Shown here: piece by piece, positions 12,040 through 23,416 of the stretch
How the letters are laid out: each line of letters opens with the position of its first letter
Position numbering within the stretch: the stretch's first letter is position 1
Assembly (NCBI GenBank): GCA_030390025.1
Contig: CM059436.1
Span: 93,868,001-93,932,000, forward strand
From: Squalus acanthias
Lineage: Eukaryota
DNA length: 64,000 nt
Direction of reading: 5' to 3'
Made by a program: the position numbers and the translations under genes
The notes under the pieces: generated by a model
The model's input: only the letters and a program-made list of their open reading frames with translations
What the model was told of the DNA's origin: nothing
The model's database searches: none

Positions 12040-12575
12040 AAATTGCCACTATAACACTGGTTGTGTATAGTTTGAGGCAATATATAATAGGAAGAGTATA
12101 AAAGCAATAAAAAAATGTGCAGCATAGATTCACTAAAATGTTACCAGGGATGAGGGGTTACAGTTATGAAGAGACTTGAGAAGTTAGGATTTTTTCATTA
12201 GACTAAGGCGCTTCGAGCCATTCAAGATTATGAAGGGTTATGATAAGTAAATAGTGAGGGATTGATCCCAGTCGTCATCAAGATGGTAACGAGAGGGCAC
12301 AAATTTAAAATAATCACAAAAAGAATTAAAGGGGTGATTAGAAAAAAAATCTTCACACATAGGATAGTTAGAATGTGGAATTCACTGACACAAACTGTTG
12401 TTGAAGCAGAGTCCAGAATTATTTTTTATAAAAAGGGAATTAGGTAGTTTCTAAATAGAGAAATAGTAACGGATATGGTGGGGTGAGCAGAAGATTAGCA
12501 TTAAATAAAGTGGCTCATGTTTAGAAAAACATCATTGCAGACTTAATGGACAAATAGCCTGTTTCTGTCCTAAAC
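12040..12575 (+). mobile_element. Old degraded CR1 3' fragment
   Basis: Remnant motifs VQHRFTKMLPGMRGYSYEE and TRGHKFKI..KKIFTHRIVRMWNSL. Confidence 0.75.
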
Positions 12576-12839
12576 ATTATAGGATTCAGTGTGCAAACAC
12601 TACAAAGCTCTACCTATTAATGAATGGTGAAACACCAGCCCAGTGCCAAACCTGCAATTAAATTATTATCCTATAGGTGGCAACACACAATGTTACTGAC
12701 CTTCAGCAGCTCAATATTACATACAACAATGTAACATACAGCAGTGTGGCAAGTTAAAAGGAATCCAGTGTTTTAATGATCTGTTCACATCCAAACTAAC
12801 TTACTACTTATGTAGTTTTGTTGCTTTAGATGCATCCAT

Positions 12840-13664
12840 AGATCTATCCTAGGCCCCCTCCTATCTCTTATCTACATGCTGCCCCTCGGCAACATCATCT
12901 GAAAACACGACGTCAGGTTCCACATGTACAGTGATGACACCCAGCTCTACCTCACCACCACCTCTCTCGACCCCTCCACTGTCTCTGATTTGTCACGTTG
13001 CTTGTCCGACATCCAGTCCTGGATGAGCAGAAATTTCCTCCAACTAAATAATGGGAATACAAATGCCATTGTCTTCGGTCCCCGCCACAAACTCCGTTCC
13101 CTAGCCACTGACTCCATCCCTCTCCCTGGCAACTGTCTGAGGCTAAATGAGACCGTTCGCAACCTTGGTGTCGTATTTGCCCCTGAGATGAGCATCAGAA
13201 CCACATATCCGCTCCATCACTAAGGCCGCCTACTTCCATCTCCGTAACATCGCCCGTCATCACCCCTGTGCTCGCTGACCTACATTGGCTCCTGGCCCGG
13301 CAACACCTTGATTTAAAAATTCTCATCCTTGTTTTCAAATGGCTCGATGACCTCGCCCCTTCCTACCTCTGTAACCTCCTCCAGCCCTATAACCCTCCAA
13401 GAACTCTGCGCATCTCCAATTCTGGCCTCTTGCCGATTTTAATCGCTCCACCATTGGCAGCTGTGCCTTCAGCTTCCTGGGCTCTGGAATTTCCCCCCTA
13501 AACCTCTCCGCCTCTCTCCCTCTCCTCCTTTAAGATGCTCCTTAAAACCTACCTCTTTGACCAAGCTTTGGTCATCTGTCCTAATAGCTCCTAATGTGGC
13601 TCAATGTCAAATTTTGTTTGATAACGCTCCTGTGAAGCGCTTTTGGACGTTTTGCTACATTAAA
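12840..13664 (+). mobile_element. L2-clade LINE, 5'-truncated and internally deleted
   Basis: YSDDTQLYL..CLSDIQSWMSRNFLQLN..VRNLGVVF, then LADLHWL..KILILVFK..LAPSYL; the 3' UTR matches 585-868. Its tail resumes at about 14085-14115. Confidence 0.85.
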
Positions 13665-14078
13665 ACAACAATAACTTGTATTTATATAGCGCCTTTAACG
13701 TAGTAAAACGTTCCAAGGCGCTTCACAGGAGCGTTATCAAACAAAATTTAAAAATTTTTTGACACCGAGCCATATAAGGAGAAATTAGGGCAAATGACCA
13801 AAAGCTTGGTCAAAGAGGTAGGTTTTAAGGAACGTCTTAAAGGAGGATAGTGAGACAGAGAGATTTAGGCAGGAAATTCCAGAGCTTAGGGCCTAGGCAA
13901 CAGAAGGCTCGGCCACCGATGGTTGAGCGATTATAATCAGGGATGTTCAAGAGGGCAGAATTAGAGGAGCGCAGATATCTCTGGGGTGGGGGGGGCGGGT
14001 TTGTGGGGCTGGAGGAGATTACAGAGATAGGGAGGGGCGAGGCCATGGAGGGATTTGAAAACAAGTATGAGAATTTTG
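13665..14078 (-). mobile_element. L2-clade LINE 3' fragment inserted antisense into the tail of the preceding L2
   Basis: Starts with an acaacaataacttgtatttatatagcgcc tail; minus frame gives LRSSNSALLNIPDYNRSTIGGRAF..GPKLWNFLPKSL. Confidence 0.85.
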
Positions 14079-14168
14079 ACATTTTAAAAGCACTATATAA
14101 ATGCAAGTTGTTGTTACTGTTGTATGATTGTCAGCAACTATCTTGATATAAAACCACATTTTATCTTT

Positions 14169-14560
14169 TCAACAATAACAACAACTTGTATTTATATAGA
14201 GCCGTTAACGTAGTCAAATGTCCCAAGGCGCTTCACAGGAGTATAATCAGACAAAAGTTGACACTGAGCCAAAGAAGGAGATATTTGGACGGGTAACTAA
14301 AAGCTTGGTCAAAGAGTTAACTTTTAAGGAGCATCTTAAAGGAGGAGAGAGAGGCGGGGAGGATTAGGGAGGGAATTACAAAGCTTCTGGCTTAGACTCT
14401 AGGGGACTCAAGGGATTTGGAGATCGGGCGGGAAAGTGGAGTTGAGGTCGATGATCAGCTTTGATCTTATTGAATGGCGGAGCAGGCTCGAGGGGCCGTA
14501 TGGCCTACTCCTGCTCTTACTTCTTATGTTCTTATGACACGGCTGCCAATGGTGGGGCAA
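14169..14560 (-). mobile_element. L2 3' fragment interrupted by a CR1 3' end
   Basis: The L2 tail aacaataacaacaacttgtatttatatag runs to about 14397 and resumes at acacggctgccaatggtgggg (14537-14560). Confidence 0.75.
14398..14536 (+). mobile_element. CR1 3'-terminal fragment
   Basis: gatcttattgaatggcggagcaggctcgaggggccgtatggcctactcctgctc followed by (TTCTTATG)2; reverse complement of the CR1-B 3' UTR. Confidence 0.8.
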
Positions 14561-15417
14561 ATAATTGAAGGTGAGAGTGCTGCCACTGAGCCAAGGCTGA
14601 CACTATTTTCCACATTTTTTCCTATGGAAAATACCGGCTTGCTGTTATGATGGCAAAAATGAATCTCCTAACTGCTTAACACAGTTTGGGATTTTGTACC
14701 AATGATGAACATGCAATTCTGCTCCAGACAGTCCTGGTGAGTGAAGACCGGAGCTCCGGTTCTAAACTCCTGGTTGACATCCAGTAGGATACGCCCATCC
14801 AGTGTATGTGCGTGTGTGGTCCCCTTTCATTGTATGGGCTGCGTGAGCCGATAAAACCCTCCTGCTGTATAGGACTAACCACCCTATCAGCTGGTGTAAA
14901 GATGGTTACAGCCATTGAAGGAGTGTTTATGTGACAGTCTGTCAGACTGTCAATCAGCTGGCGAATCCTTCCACTACTTCACACTATTCTCCAAGGGAAG
15001 GGTGTGAAGATACGAAAACAACAACCAGGGAAAGTGTGAACACAGGCTTGTAAAATGCTCATTAAATACTGATAGAGAGCGCCTAAAAGTACTTTGCTGA
15101 TTATACAACCTATAGTTTATGCCCAGATGCTCAGTTTTACTTCTGATTCTTCCTGTAAAAAGCAATTAAAAGGGAAGGGCACCAGATCTGTCACATATGG
15201 AACATAGGCCTAGAAATTCAGGGGTTTAGCGCCACCCGTTATCGCCAGATTTGGGCGGAAAAATGGCTGCCATCACTCTTCCACCTTCTGCTTTCTGCAA
15301 TTCTAGCAGCTTTATTAACTTCTTTCAAGGTTCTAAGGTCACAGGGAGTATTGTTGCAAGTGGAGAACACCTTCATTCTTATTTAAAGGCTTTTGCTCAC
15401 AACACTTGCTCACAGTC

Positions 15418-16562
15418 ATGGGGCTCCACTGGCAGACCCCCTCGCGCTCGAGTATCTTCGGGAGAGGGAACGGAGGCAGCAAAGACGACGAGAAGATGCG
15501 CGCAGAGAGAGGAAGAGGAGGGCCAGGAGGGCTCTCAACAGGAGGCCTTACCCACCTAGGGTCTTCAGAGAGCACTTCCCTTATATCCACTTAAGCGAGG
15601 AGCAGTGTATTAAGAGGCTCCGCTTCACCAAGGAGGTGGTCACAGAACTCTGCCAGCTCCTGCAACTAGACCTGCAGCCTGAGATCAGGACGACCACGGC
15701 TCTCCCAGTGGTAGTCACGGTCACCGTGGCCCTCAATTTCTTCACCAGCGGATCCTTCCAGTCTGCAGCAGGAGGCATAGCTAACATCTCACAGTTTGCC
15801 GTCCATCACTGCATCTGGGAGGTCACTGAGGCTCTGTACACCAGGAGAAGGGACTACGTTTTCTTCACTCTGAGCAGAGAGAAGCAGGAGGAGCGCGCAT
15901 GTGGCATTGCCAGGATAGCGGGCTTCCCCATGGTGCAGGGCGCCATCGACTGCACCCATGTGGCTTTGCGGGCGGCGTATAACAATCCTGAGATCTTCCG
16001 TAACCGCAAAGGCTGCCACTTACTTAATATGCAGTTGGTGTGCGACCACAACCAGTGCTTCCTGATGGTCTATGCCCACTATCCTGGCAGCAGCCATGAT
16101 GCCTTCATCCTGCATCAGCCCGGTGTGCCAGCACTCTTCCAGCCACCACATGAAACTTGAGGGTGGCTGCTCGGAGACAAGGGCTATCCGCTCTCCACCT
16201 GGCTCATGACTCCCCTCCACAATCTCACCACTCGTGCCCAGCACTCATATAATAAGAGCCATGCTGCAACCAGGAACATCATTGAGCAGACCATCGGGCT
16301 ACTGAAGCAACAGTTCTGCTGTCTTGACTGCTCAGGAGGAGCCCTCCAGTACACGCCGGAGCGGGTCTCCCATTTTGTGGTGGTCTGCTGCATGCTTCAC
16401 AACTTGGCCATCAAGAGGGCGCAGCCCTTGCCACCAGGAATTGCGGGACCACCTCAGGAGGAGGACAAGGGAGATGAGGAAGAGGACGAGGAGGGAGGGA
16501 GGAGGCAGGCAGCCAATCCCCCTTCTGGATGGGTCGTCCATGAACGCCTCATCAGACTCTGA
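15418..16562 (+). pseudogene. Harbinger (HARBI1-like) DDE transposase, lightly disrupted
   Basis: LRFTKE, VALNFFTSGSFQ, GFPMVQGAIDCTHV (D1), [25 protein letters not shown] (D2), [27 protein letters not shown] (E), CCMLHNLA. One in-frame TGA at 16158-16160, and the ATG at 15418 is one base out of frame. Confidence 0.92.
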
Positions 16563-16769
16563 TTCCAATGAATGAAACCCCAGATCCTCGTTGCTCACCA
16601 CATCCCCATCATACCATCCCTCTGTCATGGAATATCACAAGATTTTCCTGGGCACAAACTGAAATGAGAGCCACCACAAAAGATTCCAAATAAAATGAAT
16701 AAATTTATCCAAAATCAATTGACACATATTTACACTTACAATATGAACTAATCATCCTTGTGCAATCCC

Positions 16770-17967
16770 TTAGTGCCTATCGTTCGGCTTCACTTTCCTG
16801 ATCTAGTGCTCCTACGATGTGCTCCCCCAGTGGCTGCAGCATGGCAGGTGGAAGGCTGCTGAGTTTCCATGAGGGAGACTTCAGATGGCCTGGCAGGACG
16901 ACCTCGAGCAGCTCTGGCCCTAGAAGGCCTGGCTGTAGACTGCACCATCTCGGCATGGGCGGCAGCAGTCTGGGCTGGCTGGCTGGCTGACAGGCAGCGG
17001 CAAGGGCAATGGCGGAGTCACAGTGGTGGGAACAGGAATGCTGTCATCCTGAGAGAGGACAGCAAGGTCCTGCTCCACTGACCCACTGCCACTCCCTTGG
17101 GCGGTGCCTCAGCAATCCTAGCAATCTGTTGGAGCACAGATTGCTGGGCTGCTGCGGCACCCTGCAAGCCTTGGTCAACACTGGTAAACCCAGCCTCGAT
17201 GACAGCAGTCTGAACTTGGGTGGCACAAAGCTGAGACTGCGTGACAGCGGTCTGAGCATGGGTGGCATCAAGCTGAGACTGCATGAGAGCAGTCTGAGCT
17301 AGGGTGGCACAAAGCTGAGACCGCATGACAGCGGTCTGAGCTTGGGTGGCATCAAGCTAAGACTTCATGAGAGCGGTCTGTGCTTCCGCTGCAGCACTAA
17401 GATGTTGGGTCGCTTCCGCCTGTGCTGCAATGGCAGCCGCAACATCGCCCATCACATGCAGCATCATGTATGGGTCGACACGGTCTCTTCGGGAGTTTTC
17501 CATCATTTCCAGCCTGGATATCCTGGACTCCAAGCTCTGCACAAAGCCCTGTGCAATGTTGGAGGCGGACTCCTCCATGCTCCTTGACATTGCCAAGAGG
17601 CTCTCTGGCAGGCTTGCCATTGCACCTAGCAATTCGGTGTGCATACCCATCAGCCTTCTTCTGAAGGCTGCCCCATCGAGGTCCTCATCTGAGTCCTGTG
17701 CAGCAGAACTCGCCCGCGAACTCGCCCTCCTGGGAGCTGGTTCCCGAGCTACCCTTTCCCCCTTGCCTTGCTGCAGCCCACTCGTGCCCGGTGCCTCACC
17801 CTGTGCAGATCCCGCTTCTACAGTAGCCTCTAAAGTACGCGCAGTGCCAGTTTCTGAGCTGGTGTCTGCGAGTGACAGATGCAGTGACGCTGTGTCTTCT
17901 TCTTCTCCCCCCTCGCTCTCCTGCATCGCCTCGGGGACAGGCTGCTCGGGTGCTTAGTCTTGATTAG
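16770..17967 (-). pseudogene. Last exon of the Harbinger second ORF (Myb/SANT-type partner protein, inferred)
   Basis: ORFs 17357-17926 and 17018-17326 are in the same frame, separated by a TAG. The sequence is acidic, Ala-rich and coiled-coil-like. A pyrimidine-rich acceptor TTTTCTGCTTTCAG ends at 17968. The Myb domain itself is not in the window. Confidence 0.65.
17199..17380. repeat. 42-bp coding minisatellite (about 4.3 copies) in Harbinger ORF2
   Basis: Unit tgacagcggtctgagcatgggtggcatcaagctgagactgca; encodes 14-aa repeats such as AQTALMQSQLDATH and AQTAVTQSQLCATQ. Confidence 0.85.
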
Positions 17968-18776
17968 CTGAAAGCAGAAAAGCACAAGAGTCGGGTTATG
18001 GTGAGGGAGCGGGGTGGGAGGGGGGGTGGGAGATATGCATGTATACAGCATCAGCAGCTTGAAAGTGAGAAGAGATTGTGCCTTCATGTCAATGACTTTT
18101 ACTTGAACCTTAAAGACGAGCCATCTGGGATCCCTGAAGAGTGTCAAATTCAATAGTAGCTCCCATATCTGCTGCCCAATGCCTCCAGATCCGTTACATA
18201 TGGCGATGGTTGCAAGCAGTTTAGCAGAGAGTTGCAGACCATGTATTGTTTTCCCCTACACAGGAGCTCCGTAAGTTGAACATGAACTGTGAAAAGGTAG
18301 GTGTTCATTTCCCGTATTTCCTTTGCTTTGCTCAGTAGTGTGCAATACATTGGTTGCAGTTGAAAACTCATAAGAAAAGAGTAGTTTCTGCTTCGTTTCA
18401 GCATCCACGGTATTTTGCATTGAGGAGTGTTGGGTGCTGCTGCTTTGAAGGACAAGGAACTCGGGTAATGCGGTATTTTAAAGCATCTAAGGACGTTGTT
18501 TTCATTATCACAGGCATGCTTACAGAGCTATCAGGGCATGCGAAGGACACTCTCGAGAACATGGGAAAGCGATGGCTCAGCTACCAGAGCAATGAGAAAC
18601 ACACTAGTAAAGCATCCAGAGTGAAAAGAGCTACCAACGTAACGCTATCTACATTCAGCAGCTTTTTTTGGGTCAATTTTGCACTTCTGGAAAGCCTGCC
18701 TGACCGTCCACAAACAATGCTTGAACACTCAAGCCTCTTACAAACAGCAATCAAAGTACTAAGCACTTGACTTCTA

Positions 18777-18791
18777 TCTATTTTTCCACAC
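18777..18791 (-). terminator. snRNA 3' box (copy 1; present in every unit)
   Basis: Minus-strand GTGTGGAAAAATAGA about 10 nt downstream of the U5 3' stem; resembles the consensus GTTYN0-3AAARRYAGA. Confidence 0.75.
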
Positions 18792-18800
18792 TTGATGGCA

Positions 18801-18914
18801 AACCCGACTAATGTCAGGCATTAAAAAAATTCTTTCAATCTCTAAACCAATTCTCTCCACGGAAATCTTTAGTAAAAGGCGAAAGATTTATACGATATGA
18901 GAGAACTTAGAGTT
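18801..18914 (-). ncRNA. RNU5: U5 spliceosomal snRNA, copy 1
   Basis: Minus strand contains AAATCTTTCGCCTTTTACTAAAGATTTCCGTGGAGAG (U5 stem 1c, loop 1 GCCUUUUAC, IL2 CCG), an Sm site and the 3' hairpin GCCTGAC-ATTA-GTCGGGT. One-nt deletion in the 5' stem. Confidence 0.93.
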
Positions 18915-18958
18915 AAATAGGTAGTATCATGGGGTTCCTGGCAAGGTGCGAGAGCTGT

Positions 18959-18976
18959 CTCCTAAAGCCATGGTGA
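18959..18976 (-). promoter_or_regulatory. Proximal sequence element, PSE (copy 1; present in every unit)
   Basis: Minus-strand TCACCATGGCTTTAGGAG at -62 to -45 from the inferred start; vertebrate PSE-like; no TATA box, consistent with Pol II. Confidence 0.85.
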
Positions 18977-19117
18977 CAAATCAACAGCACTCCTATCGAT
19001 TCTGAATACGAAAAGACAGCAACTTGAAGGGCTCTAAATCACCGGAATCGCTGTTGAAACCACCAGAAAATTGAGCGCAACAGGCAGCGCTCGTTTCAAC
19101 TGCAAATCCTGCATGAT

Positions 19118-19153
19118 ATGCAAATTCATAGGTGAACATTGCATTGTGGGCAA
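19118..19153 (-). promoter_or_regulatory. Distal sequence element: octamer plus SPH/ZNF143 site (copy 1; present in every unit)
   Basis: ATGCAAAT at 19118-19125 (about -205 to -210) and minus-strand TTGCCCACAATGCAATG at 19137-19153. Confidence 0.85.
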
Positions 19154-20293
19154 ACTTATTTCCTCCGGGTTAAAGTCGGAGCTCAATGTCTTGCACAGAA
19201 GCTGCGTTGAAATGCTAAAGTCGCAGGCACGCCTGGTCACACTTTGAACTCCAAAACATTTGTGTCAAAATGCTAAATGCTTTTCTATGTTTTAGCTTGG
19301 GATTGGTTGCTTTAATTCAATCACAGTCCAAAAAGAGCTAAAGAACCAGAATCACTGACAGAAATAACACCCTTGCTTAACTGCGTACAATGTTTCGTCG
19401 TTGACGTCGCCTGTCACCAGTCGCCTGTCACTATTTCTTTCTTATGTTCTTAGGCAGCTTGCCTGAGGAAGGAGCGAAGCCGCACAATTCAAAAGGAAAC
19501 ATTTCTTCAGGTTATGTGTGTGATTGGCAGCTAATTTGAATGGAATGGACAATTTTTTATTGAAAACAATAGGCCTTCATGTCAATGACTTTTACTTGGA
19601 ACCTTCAAAGACAATCCATCTGGGATCCCTGAAGAGTGTCAAAATAAAATAGATAGCTCCCATAGCTGTTGAGAAAAGCCAAAGAGATCCGTTACATATG
19701 GCGATGGATTGCAAGCAGTTTAGCAGAGAGTTGCAGACCATGTATTGTTTTCCCTACACAGGGAGCTCGTAAAGTTGAACATGAACTGTGAAAAGGTAGG
19801 TGTTAATTTCCCGTTATTTCCTTGCTTGCTCAGTAGTGTGCAATACATTGGTTTGGCAGTTGAAAACTCATAAGAAAGAGAGTTTTCTGCTTCGTTTCAG
19901 CATCCACGGTATTTTGCATTTGTAGGAGTGTTGTGCTGCTGCTTTGAAGACAAGGAACCTCGGGATAGATGCGGTATTTAAAGCAATCTAAGGACGTTGT
20001 TTCATTATCACAGGCATGCTTACAGAGCTATCAGGCATGCGAAGACACTCTCGAGAACATGGGAAGCGATGGCTCAGCTACCAGAGCAATGAGAAACACA
20101 AGCTAAAAGCATCCAGAGTGAAAAAGAGCTACCAACGTAACGCTATCTACATTCAGCAGCTTTTTTTTGGGTCAATTTTGCACTCTGAAAGCCTGCTGAC
20201 GTCACAACAATGCTTGAACACTCAAGCCTCTTACAAACAGCAATCAAAGTACTAAGCACTTGACTTCTATCTATTTTTCCACACTTGATGGCA

Positions 20294-20408
20294 AACCCGA
20301 CTAATGTCAGGCATTAAAAAAATTCTTTCAATCTCTAAACCAATTCTCTCCACGGAAATCTTTAGTAAAAGGCGAAAGATTTATACGATATGAAGAGAAC
20401 TTAGAGTT
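20294..20408 (-). ncRNA. RNU5: U5 snRNA, copy 2
   Basis: Full U5 with loop 1; Sm AAUUUUUUUAA. Confidence 0.95.
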
Positions 20409-21800
20409 AAATAGGTTAGTATCATGGGGTTCCTGGCAAGGTGCGAGAGCTGTCTCCTAAAGCCATGGTGACAAATCAACAGCACTCCTATCGATTCTGA
20501 ATACGAAAAGACAGCAACTTGAAGGGCTCTAAATCACCCCGGAATCGCTGTTGAAACCACCAGAAAATTGAGCGCAACAGGCAGCGCTCGTTTCAACTGC
20601 AAATCCTGCATGATATGCAAATTCATAGGTGAACATTGCATTGTGGGCAAACTTATTTCCTCCGGGTTAAAGTCGGAGCTCAATGTCTTGCACAGAAGCT
20701 GCGTTGAAATGCTAAAGTCGCAGGCACGCCTGGTCACACTTTGAACTCCAAAACATTTGTGTCAAAATGCTAAATGCTTTTCTATGTTTTAGCTTGGGAT
20801 TGGTTGCTTTAATTCAATCACAGTCCAAAAAGAGCTAAAGAACCAGAATCACTGACAGAAATAACACCCTTGCTTAACTGCGTACAATGTTTCGTCGTTG
20901 ACGTCGCCTGTCACCAGTCGCCTGTCACTATTTCTTTCTTATGTTCTTAGGCAGCTTGCCTGAGGAAGGAGCGAAGCCACACAATTCAAAAGGAAACATT
21001 TCTTCAGGTTATGTGTGTGATTGGCAGCTAAATTTGAATGGAATGGACAATTTTTTAATTGAAAACAATAGGCCTTCATGTCAATGACTTTTACTTGGAA
21101 CCTTCAAAGACAATCCATCTGGGATCCCTGAAGAGTGTCAAATAAAATAGATAGCTCCCATAGCTGTTGAGAAAAGCCAAAGAGATCCGTTACATATGGC
21201 GATGGATTGCAAGCAGTTTAGCAGAGAGTTGCAGACCATGTATTGTTTTCCCCTACACAGGGAGCTCGTAAAGTTGAACATGAACTGTTGAAAAGGTAGG
21301 TGTTAATTTCCCGTTATTTCCTTGCTTGCTCAGTAGTGTGCAATACCATTGGTTTGGCAGTTGAAAACTCATAAGAAAGAGTAGTTTTCTGCTTCGTTTC
21401 AGCATCCACGGTATTTTGCATTTGTAGGAGTGTTGTGCTGCAGCTTTGAAGACAAGGAACTCGGGATAGATGCGGTATTTAAAGCAATCTAAGGGACGTT
21501 GTTTTCCATTATCACAGGCATGCTTACAGAGCTATCAGGGCAATGCGAAGACACTCTCGAGAAACATGGGAAGCGATTGGCTCAGCTACCAGAGCAATGA
21601 GAAACACAAGCTAAAAGCATCCAGAGTGAAAAGAGCTACCAACGTAACGCTTATCTACATTCAGCCGCTTATTTTGGGTCAATTTTGCACTTCTGAAAGC
21701 CTGCTGACGTCACAACAATGCCTGAACACTCAAGCCTCTTACAAACCGCAATCAAAGTACTAAGCACTTGACTTCTATCTATTTTTCACACTTGATGGCA

Positions 21801-21915
21801 AACCCGACTAATGTCAGGCATTAAAAAAATTCTTTCAATCTCTAAACCAATTCTCTCCACGGAAATCTTTAGTAAAAGGCGAAAGATTTATACGATATGA
21901 AGAGAACTTAGAGTT
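21801..21915 (-). ncRNA. RNU5: U5 snRNA, copy 3
   Basis: Full U5; Sm AAUUUUUUUAA. Confidence 0.95.
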
Positions 21916-23302
21916 AAATAGGTAGTATCATGGGGTTCCTGGCAAGGTGCGAGAGCTGTCTCCTAAAGCCATGGTGACAAATCAACAGCACTCCTATCGA
22001 TTCTGAATACGAAAAGACAGCAACTTGAAGGGCTCTAAATCACCGGAATCGCTGTTGAAACCACCAGAAAATGAGCGCAACAGGCAGCGCTCGTTCAACT
22101 GCAAATCCTGCATGATATGCAAATTCATAGGTGAACATTGCATTGTGGGCAAAACTTATTTCCTCCGGGTTAAAGTCGGAGCTCAATGTCATGCACAGAA
22201 GCTGCGTTGAAATGCTAAAGTCGCAGGCACGCCTGGTCACACTTTGAACTCCAAAAACATTTGTGTCAAAATGCTAAATGCTTTTCTATGTTTTAGCTTG
22301 GGATTGGTTGCTTTAATTCAATCACAGTCCAAAAAGAGCTAAAGAACCAGAATCACTACAGAAATAACACCCTTGCTTAACTGCGTACAATGTTTCGTCG
22401 TCTGACCGTCGCCTGTCACCAGTCGCCTGTCACTATTTCTTTCTTATGTTCTTAGGCAGCTTGCCTGAGGAAGGAGCGAAGCCCACAATTCAAAAGGAAA
22501 CATTTCTTCAGGTTATGTGTGTGATTGGCAGCTAAATTTGAATGGAATGGACAATTTTTTAATTGAAAACAATAGCCTTCATGTCAATGACTTTTACTTG
22601 GAACCTCAAAGACAATCCATCTGGGATCCTGAAGAGTGTCAAATAAAATAGATAGCTCCCATAGCTGTTGAGAAAAGCCAAAGAGATCCGTTACATATGG
22701 CGATGGATTGCAAGCAGTTTAGCAGAGAGTTGCAGACCATGTATTGTTTTCCCCCTACACAGGGAGCTCGTTAAGGTTGCACATGAACTGTGAAAAGGTA
22801 GGTGTTAATTTCCCGTTACTTTCCTTGCTTGCTCAGTAGTGTGCAATACATTTGGTTTGGCAGTTGAAAACTCATAAAGAAAGAGTAGTTCTTCTGCTTC
22901 GTTTCAGCATCCACGGTATTTTGCATTTGTAGGAGTGTTGTGCTGCTGCTTTGAAGACAAGGAACTCGGGATAGATGCGGTATTTAAAGCAATCTAAGGA
23001 CGTTGTTTTCATTATCACAGGCATGCCTTACAGAGCTATCAGGGCATGCGAAGACACTCTCGAGAACATGGGAAGCGATGGCTCAGCTACCAGAGCAATG
23101 AGAAACACAAGCTATAAGCATCCAGAGTGAAAAGAGCTACCAACGTAACGCTATCTACATTCAGCAGCTTTTTTTGGTGTCAATTTTGCACTTCTGAAAG
23201 CCTGCTGACATCACAACAATGCTTGAACACTCAAGCCTCTTACAAACAGCAATCAAAGTACTAAGCACTTGACTTCTGTCTATTTTTCCACACTTGATGG
23301 CA

Positions 23303-23416
23303 AACCCGACTAATGTCAGGCATTAAAAAATTCTTTCAATCTCTAAACCAATTCTCTCCACGGAAATCTTTAGTAAAAGGCGAAAGATTTATACGATATG
23401 AAGAGAACTTAGAGTT
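23303..23416 (-). ncRNA. RNU5: U5 snRNA, copy 4
   Basis: U5; Sm U-run one base shorter. Confidence 0.93.

Larger units (their letters stand above)
15207..18079 (+). mobile_element. PIF/Harbinger DNA transposon, right part missing at the U5 array junction
   Basis: Putative left TIR ggcctagaaattc at 15207; DDE transposase on +; convergent second ORF on -; no right TIR before the array starts. Confidence 0.88.

Noticed and set aside
14676-14915. Possible host exon (AG at about 14683 and GTGAGT at about 14737 on +, or the minus-strand ORF)
   Set aside because: No recognisable protein similarity in any frame and no partner exons identified, so it cannot be supported without RNA or homology data.
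15393-16562. Domesticated host HARBI1 gene
   Set aside because: It has a stop and a frameshift, a TIR-like end and a convergent partner ORF, so it is a transposon copy.
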